A DNA stretch of 63,925 nt, counting the filler, from Phoronis australis (lineage: Eukaryota > Animalia > Phoronida), in assembly GCA_002633005.1 (NCBI GenBank). It is 5 parts of 5 records of this genome, joined end to end, with 100 filler letters (N's around TTAATTAATTAA, not from the genome) between each part and the next. Parts side by side here need not be neighbours in the genome. Positions count along the whole stretch, not along the records: positions 1 to 23,936 come from NMRA01000390.1; positions 24,037 to 40,978 come from NMRA01000886.1; 3 more parts are not named here. One strand, 5' to 3'. A program made the position numbers and the translations under genes. How positions within the stretch are numbered: position 1 is the first letter of the stretch; every line of letters begins with the position of its first letter. Shown here one piece after another: positions 13,631 through 26,156 of this stretch. The notes beneath the pieces were generated by a model. The model ran no database searches, was not told the DNA's origin, and saw nothing but the letters and a program-made list of their open reading frames with translations.

Positions 13631-15733
13631 AGTAGTAAGACAGCTCATGCCCATCTTTTGTGGTATCTCGAATGTTTTAGCTAGGGGGCGTTTCGCGCGT
13701 TTCTGGTGGGACTTTTCAATTTGTCTGTCATGGATCATTCCACGCTCAGAGTGGCACCATAATTGTTCATTTTAGTTAAATTGTTGGCCGGTGCCTCGAA
13801 CATCTAATCTAGCTCAAACTGTCCGGTGGTCTCTTTGAATAATCCCCAAGGGCCACAGTCAGAGTGCAGAGACTGGCATACAGATATCCATTTTTGTACA
13901 TCGAGGGTGTACTTTAGGTGCTCCTGTGGTCAAATGTTTGTACCTCGCTCATCTATCTTAAGTCTCTGGGCTGCCGGTCTAGTAGCACTTTTAAAACACA
14001 CGTAGCTGGGCACTGAGACGAGACCGCCGGGACTGACATGTCGCGGCTGGAACAACAAACCACACTTCAGAAGTCGTGTATTCGCAGCACACGATGTCTG
14101 TTTTCGAAGATTAAACACTAAGTGCTAGGCGATAAACAACCCACAGTCCTCGTAAAATCGCACAGTTTCCATGGCAATTGTCAGACAGGTCTCGCAGTCA
14201 GACACTTTTAGCTTTTTTCGATATTCTACGTTTTAGCTTCATCACAACGTCAAAATGTCAAATAATTTGATAGTAGCTCGTTTCAGAACGACATCCATGC
14301 GTAAATTCTTGTCAGTTGAATGACAAACGACATCGTGAAAAGTCCAATTGAGCTGAAAATTTTCGACGTTGCCAGAAAATCAATTTGTACGAGCTAACCG
14401 AGGTTCTTCATGATCTTCATTAGTCTACTTATTTTAAAATTGATTTGCTCATCTTACCATGAGGCCCTTGGGTTTACTTCAGTGCTGTTTACATCTGAAT
14501 CAACTATCTTACACGAGCAGTTGGGAGTTATTACAACTTTGCTACCAGACAGGTCGATTTTCCGGTATACGTTACTTAGCTCTTGGGCAATTCAGTTAGC
14601 AGTTGAGGATAAAATTCTCATAACGGCAGTCACTACAATACACTGGTAAATCTTGGATGTCGTACTGAGAGCGTGAAACCACAATTCTCGGAAGAAACTG
14701 TTTGCGTAAATTTCATAAGCGGCATGCCCACGGCGTGTTTTGTTGCATCAGTTGGTGAGGGGGGGGGGCGGCTCCTCCAGCCCTTAATCCGGCTATGCAG
14801 TAATGCCTCAAGCAAATGATTGTCGTTTTAAGGCTATCGCCAGAATTCCCGAATATGCCTGATCACATGCAAGTCAATCTTTTGAAAATTAAAATTGAAA
14901 TAACCCATGCGCTTACAAAATTGAAATAGTTTACATTATGTTTTTGAAATATAGTCATCGTCCGGTTGACAAATGGATTAGTAAAAGAAAAGACAAAAAA
15001 ATTAGTTTCAACAATTCTCATGAAAACCATTTAAGTTGATGGAACTCTGTTTTGGTTTATGTCGAGTTATTAAAGGTAATATACGCAGTCTCTATTTTGA
15101 ATTATTTGAGTTTCGAGTATTTGATTTCATCATGACTTTCGGGAAACCTCAGTGCATAGTTCCGAAAAATGCAGATAGGCCAAGCCCACTACGCCGTTGT
15201 GAAGTTTTACAAGTTCAACGCAAATAAGGCGGAAGTACCCCCGCAATCATACAACAGCAACAAATGTTTTTCTATTTGTTCTCGATATCTCAAAGAAAGT
15301 TAAATCATGGAGTCGCACAACCACAAAGAAGGATCCCCCAGGGGAATATTATTTGTTTTACATAGCGCCGTATACACGAGTCCATTCACAGATAATTACC
15401 ATTCACATGCGGACTGAGCTTCACTCAGATGTCAGTTTGATTCAATCTGCTAGGTACCGGGGTTGTCAGTATAACTATTTTGCACTACACGTTAACGCCG
15501 CGCACAAGGCCACTTTTGAAAATCATTGTTACGATTCTTATCTTTTAGGTGGAACCCTTTGTTTCTTGTTTTCAATCCCACGAATTAGCGAAATGGAGTT
15601 CATCGGCTATATTTTTTCAAAAACTTGATTTATTCTAATTTGAAGTTTGCAACTTGGGCTCTATGAACTAATTAGCACTACGTGTGTAATTTTATTGACA
15701 TGGTTAGGTACAGTGCATTTTTAACTAAATGTT

Positions 15734-16157
15734 ATGTAGGACCTGATCGACTTGTCGGTGTACTTAGCCAAATATCTTCGTGACTACAGATTTTAACTGC
15801 CTTTTTAATAAAATTTAAGCACAATTTAAATTGATAACAAAACAACAGTTTCAATAACATGATCAAATTTTACTTGATATAAGTGTTCGAGGTGAAATAT
15901 CAAAAACGCTGTTACAGTTTTCTAAAATATCAGTTTCGTTTCATGCAACGTTAACGATTTTTCATTAAAATCCTGAAAGTCTTATTTTTGATAGCCCCTC
16001 ATGCAAAAATGGATCATTTTCGAAATAGTTTATGCCGTTTTGAAAACAACACATAAATCCTAGAATCTCAAATTTTCATATGAATCCGATCGGCCGTTTC
16101 TGAGATATGATGTTCCGAAGTCTGTCCAATTTAGCCATTATTATTGGGTCCTACATT
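15734..16157. mobile_element. Non-autonomous DNA transposon/MITE
   Basis: Terminal inverted ATGTAGGACC / GGTCCTACAT; internal AATCCGATCGGCCGTTTCTGAGAT motif typical of such elements. Confidence 0.45.
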
Positions 16158-16879
16158 ATGTTAAACAGCTATTCCGCAGTACAAATAAAGATGAGTAAAG
16201 ACTTAGCGCTTAAAAAGTTTTGTTGGATAGTCTGGTGATCTGATGATGGTGGATATACAAGAGTCTTTGATTGTCGGGTGAGATCACACAGCTCATCAAG
16301 CCATGACATGTGCCGCACACACCTATGTTCCACACGTTTGATTGTTAGCCTGATTCACATCAGATGCTTGTAAAGAAAAGTAAATATTTACGAAATGTTA
16401 TGGAGGTGATTTTTTTCTCTTTGAGGTTAATTGTTGTGACGTTTATTCCCGGTTCACTATACGTCTGGTTGTGAGGTGTACAACATACTTCTATATTCCG
16501 CACGCCCTTCTCCTTCCGCTGATATGCGCTGTAAGTGTCCCAAACATGTAGAAAAATCATCTGCCTGATTTTTGTTAGAAACAAGTGTTTGTCGGATAAG
16601 CTGGAAGACTATCGTAGTGTTCAGATTTTTTCCTGATTGGCTGGAATTAATGACTTGATCGTTGACAAATACACTGTTGAGAGAAAAGACGTATAGTACA
16701 ATTTAGCTAGTTCGTTGTGTGAGATATTTTTAACAGAAATGAAGCGGAAAGAGTCTCTGTTAACGACTGCTGGTAGTTAAAAAATTTTCTGCCGAGTGTC
16801 AATCAAAACTTGATCCCAAAATACCAACGGAACTTGTCATTATGTTAATAAGCCACGCCACTGGTAACAGCTTCAATAC

Positions 16880-18370
16880 TTACTTTTTGCGCCCCATGTC
16901 GGTAGATTAATGTCTCATCTCTTCTGCACTTTTCCTAATGTGTCGTACAATAAGATTTCGTCTTCATTATCAAACGTCTTTGCTAGGTTTCCTCAAGGCT
17001 CAATAATGGCTCTACTTTTAGCGATAATTTACTTTAATGATTTACATAGAGTTAAACGAATGATTGAACGCGTGCACACTGGTGACACTTTTCAAATCCA
17101 ACTCCTAGAGCTACAACGACATCGACAACTACACCAAGAACACTGTTTCTGCAAAAGTTTCGTGAATGATTTCAATTATTAACTTTCATTTAGTGTTAAG
17201 AAAACAACATGCACACCTTTTCTCTTCAAGTAGATTAGAATAAAAATTTAATAACAAATTTTGCAGATTTTTTTGAAATATCCATTGAGAATATTTTTCC
17301 TGGAACGTCCATGCTACATAACAGAAACCTGTAACTGATCCTCACTGCCTGAAAACTGAATTCCGCAGACCGTGACTGCCAGCACACGTAGTTCCGGTGA
17401 CTTGATAATCTGATGGTTTAGCACGTCCGCTTCTTCCGGTCGACCTCATTTTGGTGACCATGACTTCTGTCGTATTTACGTCAATACATCAGCATGCTGA
17501 ACCATCATGTCTTTGGAATCGCACTGAGACATCACCGGTCTACACTTTGCCGCCTGGCGACAACGGTAGCCGGAGTTCTGATGATCGGGTGGCCCCAGCT
17601 GTTTGAACTGAAGTGATGGTGTCACCCCAAGCCGTCGTAACAATCACCGCTCTCTTTCTGCTTCTTTGCTGCACATAATCAACTGTATCAACTTCCAAAG
17701 TACTGTGTTGGTACTCCCATGCCACTAGTTTGGGCACCAAGCCACTGTTGTCGATCTTTGCTGGAGTACGCCAGTGTCTCATCAAACCACTTACCTGGGC
17801 ATTTAATCGGCTGATTCACGATTGGGGGAAACTTTTTACGTCATTGTGTTCAAAGTGTTACTTCAACTAAGCCATCAAAATACTGTTTAGAATGTTTTCA
17901 ATAACGAATTCCTCTTGCAGTCGACCTCATCGCGAAAAGATACGTAGAACAACGTCAGTTTTACGGAGAAACGAACCATATTTTCAAACATTATGTCAAT
18001 AACAAATAAAAAACAAGGCAGGACAGGATGTATTACGATTTCCATTCTTTTTCGGATTTTTTTTTCCGGTTTCTCAAAGTCATGAAACAACAATCCACGC
18101 TTTTTTTAGTTTTCTCTGCATTTCGAAAGTTTTCTGCTTCGATTGTTACAATAACTGTGATGAGAACTATTGCTATTCCACTGTTGACCATCATCTGCGT
18201 GGTGTATAGTCTTTTCTATTCTCGGTTTTGCCTTGCTAATGTTTTATGTTATCATTTCCAATGATGACTAACCAACCGTGTTGTAAACCTTATATGCATT
18301 TATGTTCATGTTGTTTGTTTTTATGCTAGTTTTCCGACTGAGTAAAACTTTCTCTCTGTCTCTCTCCTCT
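16880..18370 (+). mobile_element. Highly decayed CR1/L2-group LINE 3' portion, interrupted by unrelated sequence (about 17330-17870)
   Basis: FPQGSIMALLLAIIYFNDL matches the RT motif (GV)PQGS.LGPLLF.IY.NDL; CT-repeat tail near 18350-18368. Confidence 0.55.
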
Positions 18371-19034
18371 GAAGTCGTGAGTTGGAATTTTATTATTTAT
18401 AACAATCATTTCCTTGAAATGTACAGTCTTAAGTTCCCTACTCATTTCTCTAGCTAACGAAGCAGAACTCTAATTAGTGATAATTTGAACACTCTATTTG
18501 TGGCTGAGGATTTGTGGATGTCTTCTGCAAATATAAACCGTGTAATTATCTTGCTCGAGAAAACAAGAGCGAAATGAAAAGCCTCGGGATGTATTTTATT
18601 ATCTTACAATTAGAATAATTTATTTTGACCAGTCCATGAAGCACTGAAATAATTATCGAGTTGAAAAATTAGATTAATTTATGATCACATTTTCACTTAA
18701 AATCTACATTAAATGGACTGAAGACTCGATGACGAACTCTTCTTCTTTGAATTTAAGACTTAGTTCGAGCCTCAAACTAGGCATAGCCCTACCGCAAACT
18801 GTCAGACGTACACGACTTCGAAAAAGATTATTCGATTTGTTACAGGTATATCTTCGCAAGGGAGCGTAATAGGAAGAGTCCAACTTCTCATCAAGAGTGG
18901 TGAGCGCTTTTAGTACACATTATGTCCTGAGGTAAAAGTTGGGAATGAGAATAGACATAAGTCATTTTGAAAGGATCTACAACTCTTACGTCGAAAAGGT
19001 CACTTTTTGACGAAGTCAGTCATACACTATAAAG

Positions 19035-19286
19035 CATGCGTGCACTCAGCCTAAAATTGGGGGGTCTCGAATTTCTTTCAGGATGTGGACCTTTTACTAA
19101 GATTCACGGGGGGTACGTTCAGAGCTATGAATTGTGCATTTGCCGAATTTTGATAGTTCTTGCTTTTTAGTGGACTTTCATCTCATTTTCTTCTTTTTGT
19201 TTCTCTGAGGCGGACCTTTTTGCCTAGTTCGCCACTAATGAGGGGGTGGGGCTCGTTCGAGCACCCTCTGCCCGGGGTGCGGCATG
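19035..19286 (-). mobile_element. hAT5-like MITE family A (CATGCG...GCATG), 5-bp TSD TAAAG
   Basis: TAAAG|CATGCGTGCACTCAG ... GGGTGCGGCATG|TAAAG; reverse homology to copies at 22185, 42132 and 61140. Confidence 0.78.
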
Positions 19287-20834
19287 TAAAGTGTTTTATA
19301 TGCTGAGACCACTGTTGTACTTCGTATATCAACATTATGAGGCATCATTTGAAAAGTTCTTTAATTCTCTCCATGTGCTCAGTTGTATTAAGGACAGTAA
19401 GGGGATATATTTCACTATTCCATCGTCTCACACAAGACAGTTCTTCAAGAATTTTCTCACTCTTTACGGTAATACACTTCACAACACACTGAGGGTCATG
19501 CTTTTTTACTTGTTTGGTTGATTGTTCATTATCGACAACCAACCTAGTTTCTCTGTGCCCTTCATATGGTGATAAATAGCCTCTCTTCTTCCGGTTATCG
19601 CACCAAGCGCCTAAAGTTTGCGCACCAATGAATTAGTGTTATTCGGATTTGTATCAGAAACATGTCGAAGCTTGCTAAGACACCAAATAATACACGATAA
19701 TTGCATAAATAAATCGACAGCTCAGCTGTGGGGCGTATAGCATTTCAGATGGATTCAAACTTATCCACCCACAAAATAAGAATTCAAGGCTTACCTCACT
19801 GCTTGTGCTTGATCTCTCCTCTAAACCGTCTAGCTCCAGAATTTCAGAAATTCCCAAAACGTTCCACCAATAGCACGATCCATTTAGTACACAGCTGACA
19901 ATTAGCGGCATACGAGAGTCGAAGTCAATTCTCGGAAGATGATGCGTACGCATTGTGCAACCGCTCAAGAAAACATACAAAATTATTGACGACCATTAGC
20001 AATCATAGCAACTATTCACGTAATTAGTATTACATCTGCGTAAGTTTGTTTTGCATGGAGTGTAAAGGAACTGGTCTACCAGCTCCGTCGAGTCTCGGCT
20101 GTTTATGTTCTAAACACCGCAAAAAACAACGATTATCTAGCGTGCTTACTGACAGCCTAAATGAATGACTCCGTGAATAGATAAGTAAAAACAGAGTTTA
20201 TGTGCTCACGATTAGGCCTATTACGTAATTGCGCTTCCCCGACTGTTGGTCAAAGAACGAATAGACCAAAAAATAGTTATTTGACAACCCCGAAGTGGAA
20301 AATACAAAACTTTAATTTCTTCGCTTGTCATCAGTGTTTGGTTGTTGTCAAGACGACATTATTATTGCTAGCCAACAATATTTCAACGAATGCTGGGTCA
20401 TACCAATGAGTATGTCAGTTGTCAGTGGGGGCACTGTGCAAGATGGTAGCGAAGTGTGAGTGTATGGAAGTGCAGTGATTTCAGGCCTCAAGTATAGAGA
20501 TGATCCAGGGCACGTTAATGAACACGATTACGTGAATGAAATGGTTTTACATGTTTGCTTCTATGTGCACTGTATGCGGATGTTGGCTTCCCTCGCCGGG
20601 GAGACACTTGTAACATCCTGGCTAGTAAATTGTGGCGCAAGCCAAATCGATCTAGTGGCGGATCTAGGATATCACAAGGGGGGCCCAACATTTTGTCTGT
20701 AAACATTTGCGCAAATCCCCCTCCCGCCAGGAAAATTTTTCTGTTTTTTTCCTCTAAAAATCAAGCATTTTCCTTGATTCCTAAAGTATTATCCAAAAAA
20801 ACGGAGAACGTGTCAAACGTGAAACACTGCAATT

Positions 20835-20896
20835 TCCACAGACACCAACTCACGACCTGGCGGATAGAGCGCGCGTGCTTTACCACTGCACCACCA
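20835..20896 (-). mobile_element. tRNA-derived SINE head remnant
   Basis: Minus strand GGTGGTGCAGTGGTAAAGCACGCG...GGTCGTGAGTT (box A and degenerate box B). Confidence 0.4.
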
Positions 20897-22183
20897 CGAT
20901 TTCACTCATAATTTAATTCTAGGAGACCTACTTTAATTGTTTATGGTACACAGCGTTTGCGCGCGAAACCTGGTTCTTTTTGTAATGTTTATTACACTTC
21001 TTATATTTTGCGCAATCAGTTCGTAACACATTTTTTGTATTTAAAATAGTCTTCAATTGCCCAAAGACAAGAGACCGAATCCGTTTTTTGTGTTGGCATT
21101 AATGACGCGATTGCTCAGAAAATTGTCTTAAGTTAAGGTTTGACAAAGAGAGAAATATGAGTTTCTGAGTGATTCACATCTTACCAGCAGCTTTTGTTTT
21201 TTCATCGTCACTCAGATTCCATTTTCTTTAAAAAAATGAAGTCATTTTCTTCATTACACAGTGAAGCAGACGACGGAAACGGAGTCGTAGTGCGCAGCGA
21301 CACTGCCGGTCGTCTGGGATATCGCGGGAGAGTCTTACCAAGGAGTGTACGAGTATAGGAGAGTTCACTCCGACATTTTACCATTCGCCGCAATGGTTAC
21401 CGGTCGAAACACTAGCGCTCCAAGCAGTGAATAATCAATACTTACTTAGGAGCGCAGTCCGGACAATGTAAACACTGATGAATTCATACTTTAATGACGT
21501 TCAACGTGCAATAAAATTACTGTGTGATTGAAAATGGTTAGAATACGTAAACTAACATCCACTTATAATCGAATGAGAAAGAAAATGTGTATTTTAATAA
21601 ATATTAAAGTGTATTTGTTTTTATTCTTTTGAAGCTCCCTTCAAAATCTATCACGGTTTTGTTTCATGTTTGAGTTCTTAACAAGGCAAATTATCTTTCC
21701 TTATAACAGTTCATACCTCCATGGACAATAAAATTTGAATGATTGCTCCTGGGGGTTCAGAGGGTAATTCCCTCAGGTGACAGCTAAGGGGGTACAAGGC
21801 AAAAACCATGTGGGCGCCAAATGGGTGTTGACCATCTCCCAGGGGGGTTACATGGGAGGAGTGCTAAACAGGTAAAAACCAATGGGGTATGCCACATGGG
21901 TGTTGAGCCATTCCCATTGTCATAAATTTTGGTTGCTCCCCTGACCATTGACAAACATGTTGCTCCCAGCTCACTGCTGGTTTCACCTCCACCCAATTTC
22001 GCATGTGTTCCTTATTCAATGCACCAGGATACTAACAATGTGAATAATTGTTTGGTGTAGTGGGTGTTACACATGTAAGAAGAAGAAAGCAATTCATCAC
22101 TACCACAAAATCGTAATATAATTTTAGAACATCCCATTATTTCTTAGACATTCCAGCATAGGGTAAACTCGATTGCACTCTCC

Positions 22184-22379
22184 CACGCGCGCACCCAGGG
22201 GGCTCGGGGGGCTTGAACGAGACAAAAAGTCCGAGAAAACGGGACAAAAGTCCACTAAAGAAACGGAAACGCGCAATTCACAGTGGTGGTCCCCGTTTTT
22301 TTTTTTCTTTTTTTAGTCCGCCCACTCATTTGTTAGCAAAAGGTCTACATCGTCGGGAATTCGAGCCCCCCCACATTGA
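22184..22379 (+). mobile_element. MITE family A copy, 3' end interrupted by the long inverted-repeat element
   Basis: CGCGCGCACCCAG...GACAAAAAGTCCGAGAAAA...GAATTCGAGCCCCCCCACATTGA; lacks the final AGGCTGGGT.CGCGCATG. Confidence 0.75.
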
Positions 22380-22399
22380 GTATATCCCCACCATAACCA

Positions 22400-23936
22400 G
22401 TCCAAGCTCAAAATGTCATGACAAAAAAGTTAAGAGGTGCTCAACAGCAATCAAAATATTCACTAGCCACACAACTTCATACAAAACTGAATTAACTTGG
22501 ATGATAAAACTAAATTTTTTATTTTCTATACCCACTGTTCATATTATCAATAACAGTAAATATTTCAGGTAAGCTAAAGCTAGACCACAAGATCATAACG
22601 TAGAATTGTCGTGAGGACTTGACAGGTCGCCTTATGGGTCTCACGCTCCACTGATTTATATACACTAGCTTGAAAAGTCTTTGCCCAGTTACACATTTTG
22701 TGTCATAAAACTGAGCGATAATCATACCTGCAGCTAATGCAGCTAGTAGAACTTGTCTCGTTTATCACATTGGTGTAGGCTCACAGAAGAACTGTGATTT
22801 TCTGTTGAGCCCAGACCGTCCGAAGTTGCACCATCCAACTCCGGACGGTCTCTCACGACGATTTAGCGTTATGGAATCTGTGGGTCTCGGTGAAAAGTTG
22901 TGCGGCCCCTTAAAATATCCGTGGATCGACATTTGAGTCCTAGTTTTTTAGTTGACGCTAAGACGCTTTTGTCTCTATCACAATCACAGTACGACAGGAC
23001 TTCTTTAGTGTAGTGTAGTTTAGTGTAGGCTACCAGTCTTCTGTGAACCTGGTGAGTATGAGGTTTGTTCCTGAGTCTCTCATTGGTTTCTGTTCAGGTG
23101 CAAGCACTGGGAGCCGACCTTATGAATAGAGTGCATCCTACTTGTCCAAGAACTTCAACTTATGCTCTCATCACTTCGAGGAGTCCATGTTGATGAATTA
23201 AGAACAAGCTGGTATTGAATGCAGTGCCCGAGCAGTATTTGATGTCCCCAGTCCACCAACTTGAAGACATCAAAAAGTTCTACGGAAATTATGTTACAGC
23301 TGTGGAATAGGCTTTTTGCATTTCTGATTATCGTCTCACAAAGCAAATACTGGAATTTCACGTGTAGAAAGGACAATTAGTCAAAATCTGGTTTTCGTAT
23401 TTTACTAAGGTTGATCAGATTGAAACAGTTTATGAATGGTTAGCCTGTGATTTGAAGAGATGGGTCTTTTAGAGTCTGAATGGTGGGCTGACATTTTGTT
23501 AAACCCAAGCTATCCGTATCATTTTGCTTCTCAATGACACTGAAACACCTCTGTGAGTAAATTAGTTATCAGCTTCAACGCATTTCGTTGGCAAAAAGAG
23601 CTGTTGCTTACTAGTGAATAGAGAGTGAGAAGGTTGGTTAGATTTTCTTGTTGTATTGGTGTATGTGTTGCCTATTTTGTACGTTTTTGGAGATTGTGAT
23701 TAATTTAAGCTCCAGTTGTGGCTAAGTAACAAATATGATCCTGTGGTCTAGCTTTAGCTTACCTGAAATATTTACTGTTATTGATAATATGAACAGTGGG
23801 TATAGAAAATAAAAAATTTAGTTTTATCATCCAAGTCTTTTTAATTCAGTTTTGTATGAAGTTGTGTGGCTAGTGAATATTTTGATTGCTGTTGAGCACC
23901 TCTTAACTTTTTTGTCATGACATTTTGAGCTTGGAC
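22400..23936. mobile_element. Long-TIR (foldback-like) element: ~200-bp near-perfect inverted repeats at 22400-22597 and 23734-23936
   Basis: GTCCAAGCTCAAAATGTCATGAC...CTAGACCACAAGATCATA reappears as its reverse complement, with one 5-nt indel and few substitutions; the right arm runs into the gap. Confidence 0.8.
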
Positions 23937-24036
23937 NNNNNNNNNNNNNNNNNNNNNNNNNNNNNNNNNNNNNNNNNNNNTTAATTAATTAANNNNNNNN
24001 NNNNNNNNNNNNNNNNNNNNNNNNNNNNNNNNNNNN
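23937..24036. other. Artificial contig spacer N44-TTAATTAATTAA-N44
   Basis: 100-nt spacer with stops in all six frames; identical at four sites. Confidence 0.97.
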
Positions 24037-24173
24037 GCATCGGGTGCCCTAAACCAGCGCTCATGCACTCCGTCTTCTTCCCTGCTCTACAGGGGGCGCA
24101 AACAAAAATGAGCGCCAGTGACCCGAATTCGTCGATATTCCTGACAGACACAGACAAACAAATTAAGAACAAG
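24037..24173 (+). CDS. WARS1: Tryptophanyl-tRNA synthetase, cytoplasmic; exon truncated 5' by the gap
   Basis: [45 protein letters not shown] contains the KMSAS signature; donor AAG|GTAACT. Confidence 0.97.
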
Positions 24174-25059
24174 GTAACTTTCTTTACTGCAGGCATTTTG
24201 CCTTAAAAGGATCCTGATTTGGTGATAACAGCCAAATCCCATTACCTGACTTGATGTTACATGATTGGATAAAAACTACAGCATAGACCTCATTGTATTA
24301 TACAGTGGATTATATGGTTTGCCTTTTACTCCAGCTGTCGATAAGCTCGCCCAGGGTGTCTAATTGGGCTTGCCGATTCAGCAGACCTTCAAAGAAGTTT
24401 TCAAAGCAATTCCAAACTTCTGGGAGTTGAAGAGGGAATATAGAGTATCATTGCTGCAATCTTGCTGTTGTTGATATCTGTGATTCCTTTAAGGAGCTGA
24501 CATTTTCTGATTGTGTTTCGGATTCCATCTGAGGCCTTGTCAAAATGAACTATGTTATAGTTTGTTTGGTTAGCATCACAAGTATGAGGTCATTTTAAAG
24601 TATCTCTTTCATTCTTTACTAATACTAATTTTTGACCACAAAACCTTGTCTTTTTAAAATGTTTGACAATCTCAAGTTCGTTTTATGCGTGGGACATTAT
24701 AGTACCGGGACAGCTGTTTTTTTTTTTTTAATTCTTTTTTTATGCAGATCACATCGACATCACTTGACAGTTTGGGTTTCAGTTGTCTATCTGTAATCCT
24801 TGAAGAAGAATCCATATAAATTAATGAGTGAAAGTGTTAACTGCAACATAATTTATTACCGATTACTAATTCAAACGAAAATTTTTTAACAACTTGGTAC
24901 GTGGCATATTCTTGGGAGTTTGTGATTATTATTTTGCAAAAACACAATTTGGCTTTATCAGGTTTTCAGCAATCTATATAAGTTTCCATACTTTTGTCTG
25001 TTGTTATCTTAGGGTACTGGTTATAGTGGTATTAAATTTTTAACTTCACTCATTAACAG

Positions 25060-25200
25060 ATCAACAAGTATGCCTTCTCTGGAGGTGGCGCCACTGTCGA
25101 GGAACATCGTGAAAAGGGCGGTGACTGTTCCGTTGATATATCATACCAGTATCTCACCTTCTTCTTAGAGGATGACGAAAAGTTGGAACAAATCAGAAAG
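25060..25200 (+). CDS. WARS1: WARS1 penultimate exon
   Basis: CAG|[47 protein letters not shown]|GTAAAG; 141 nt, phase 0/0. Confidence 0.97.
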
Positions 25201-25438
25201 GTAAAGTATGACAATGTAGTTTTGTCACCTGCTGCCGTGGTTACGTAAACAGTATCATAAACACATGAACTATTTGTGCATTTTTTGAAGCCAGAATGAG
25301 GGTTTACTGGTATAGTTACTTTGCAGTGCTCTCCGTAACCAAATTTAAATCCTGCTCATAGAGTTGTTGCCAACATTATTTCTAAGTATTAAGGCTTGAA
25401 CTGCCTTTATCAGCTTGTTATGCTGTCTTTATTTGCAG

Positions 25439-25597
25439 GACTACACCAGTGGAGAGTTGCTGACTGGGTTTTTAAAGAAGGAACTCATCTCTGTACTTCA
25501 ACCAATTGTAGCACAACACAGAGAACGACGAAAGCTAGTTACAGATGAAATAGTGAAACAATTCACAACACCAAGACCATTGAATTTTACTTATTAA
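25439..25597 (+). CDS. WARS1: WARS1 last exon
   Basis: TTGCAG|[52 protein letters not shown]. Confidence 0.97.
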   Translation, partial: DYTSGELLTGFLKKELISVLQPIVAQHRERRKLVTDEIVKQFTTPRPLNFTY

Positions 25598-26156
25598 GAC
25601 ATTAATTATTTATTACCTGTGTAATTTGCATTGGTGACGAATACATAAACATCATCTGCTAACAAAACTAACACCTATCTTGTTATCAACTCCTTAAACA
25701 GCAATTAACAGGCACACTCTAATGTCGAAAATCATCTTTTCTTGAATTATTTCATAAATGCCATATACTACAAACTCTACTACTGATTTCAATACAAAAA
25801 GCATTTTTGGGATTGTTGTCTAATGGGTTAGTCTTCCTTAGGTTGTTAGCTCTGACCAGAGCTATAAAGCAACAAAATCCGTTGTTTTTTGGGAGATTTA
25901 TTAGAAATGGCCAGTTCTTGCCGTCGTCCACCGTAAATTTGCTGAAATCAGTGATTTTACCAGAGAAATGCACTTAAAATACTCTGCGATTTATAGAGTG
26001 GTGTTTAACCCCTGCCAGTAGTGCTCATTTCGACAGCTGGGGTTGCAGTTTTGATTTCACGCTGAGTATTGCCTTAAATCACTTCTCAGTTGCAGATCAT
26101 GTCCCTTTAGTATTTAAACGTCTTGGCCGATGATGAGTTTTAAAAGGCAGTGGCCA

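Noticed and set aside
17540-17785. 81-aa minus-strand ORF as a gene
   Set aside because: No recognisable homology, non-ATG start, embedded in LINE debris.
23981-23992. TTAATTAATTAA palindrome as a biological site
   Set aside because: Centred in N-runs at four identical joins; a synthetic linker.
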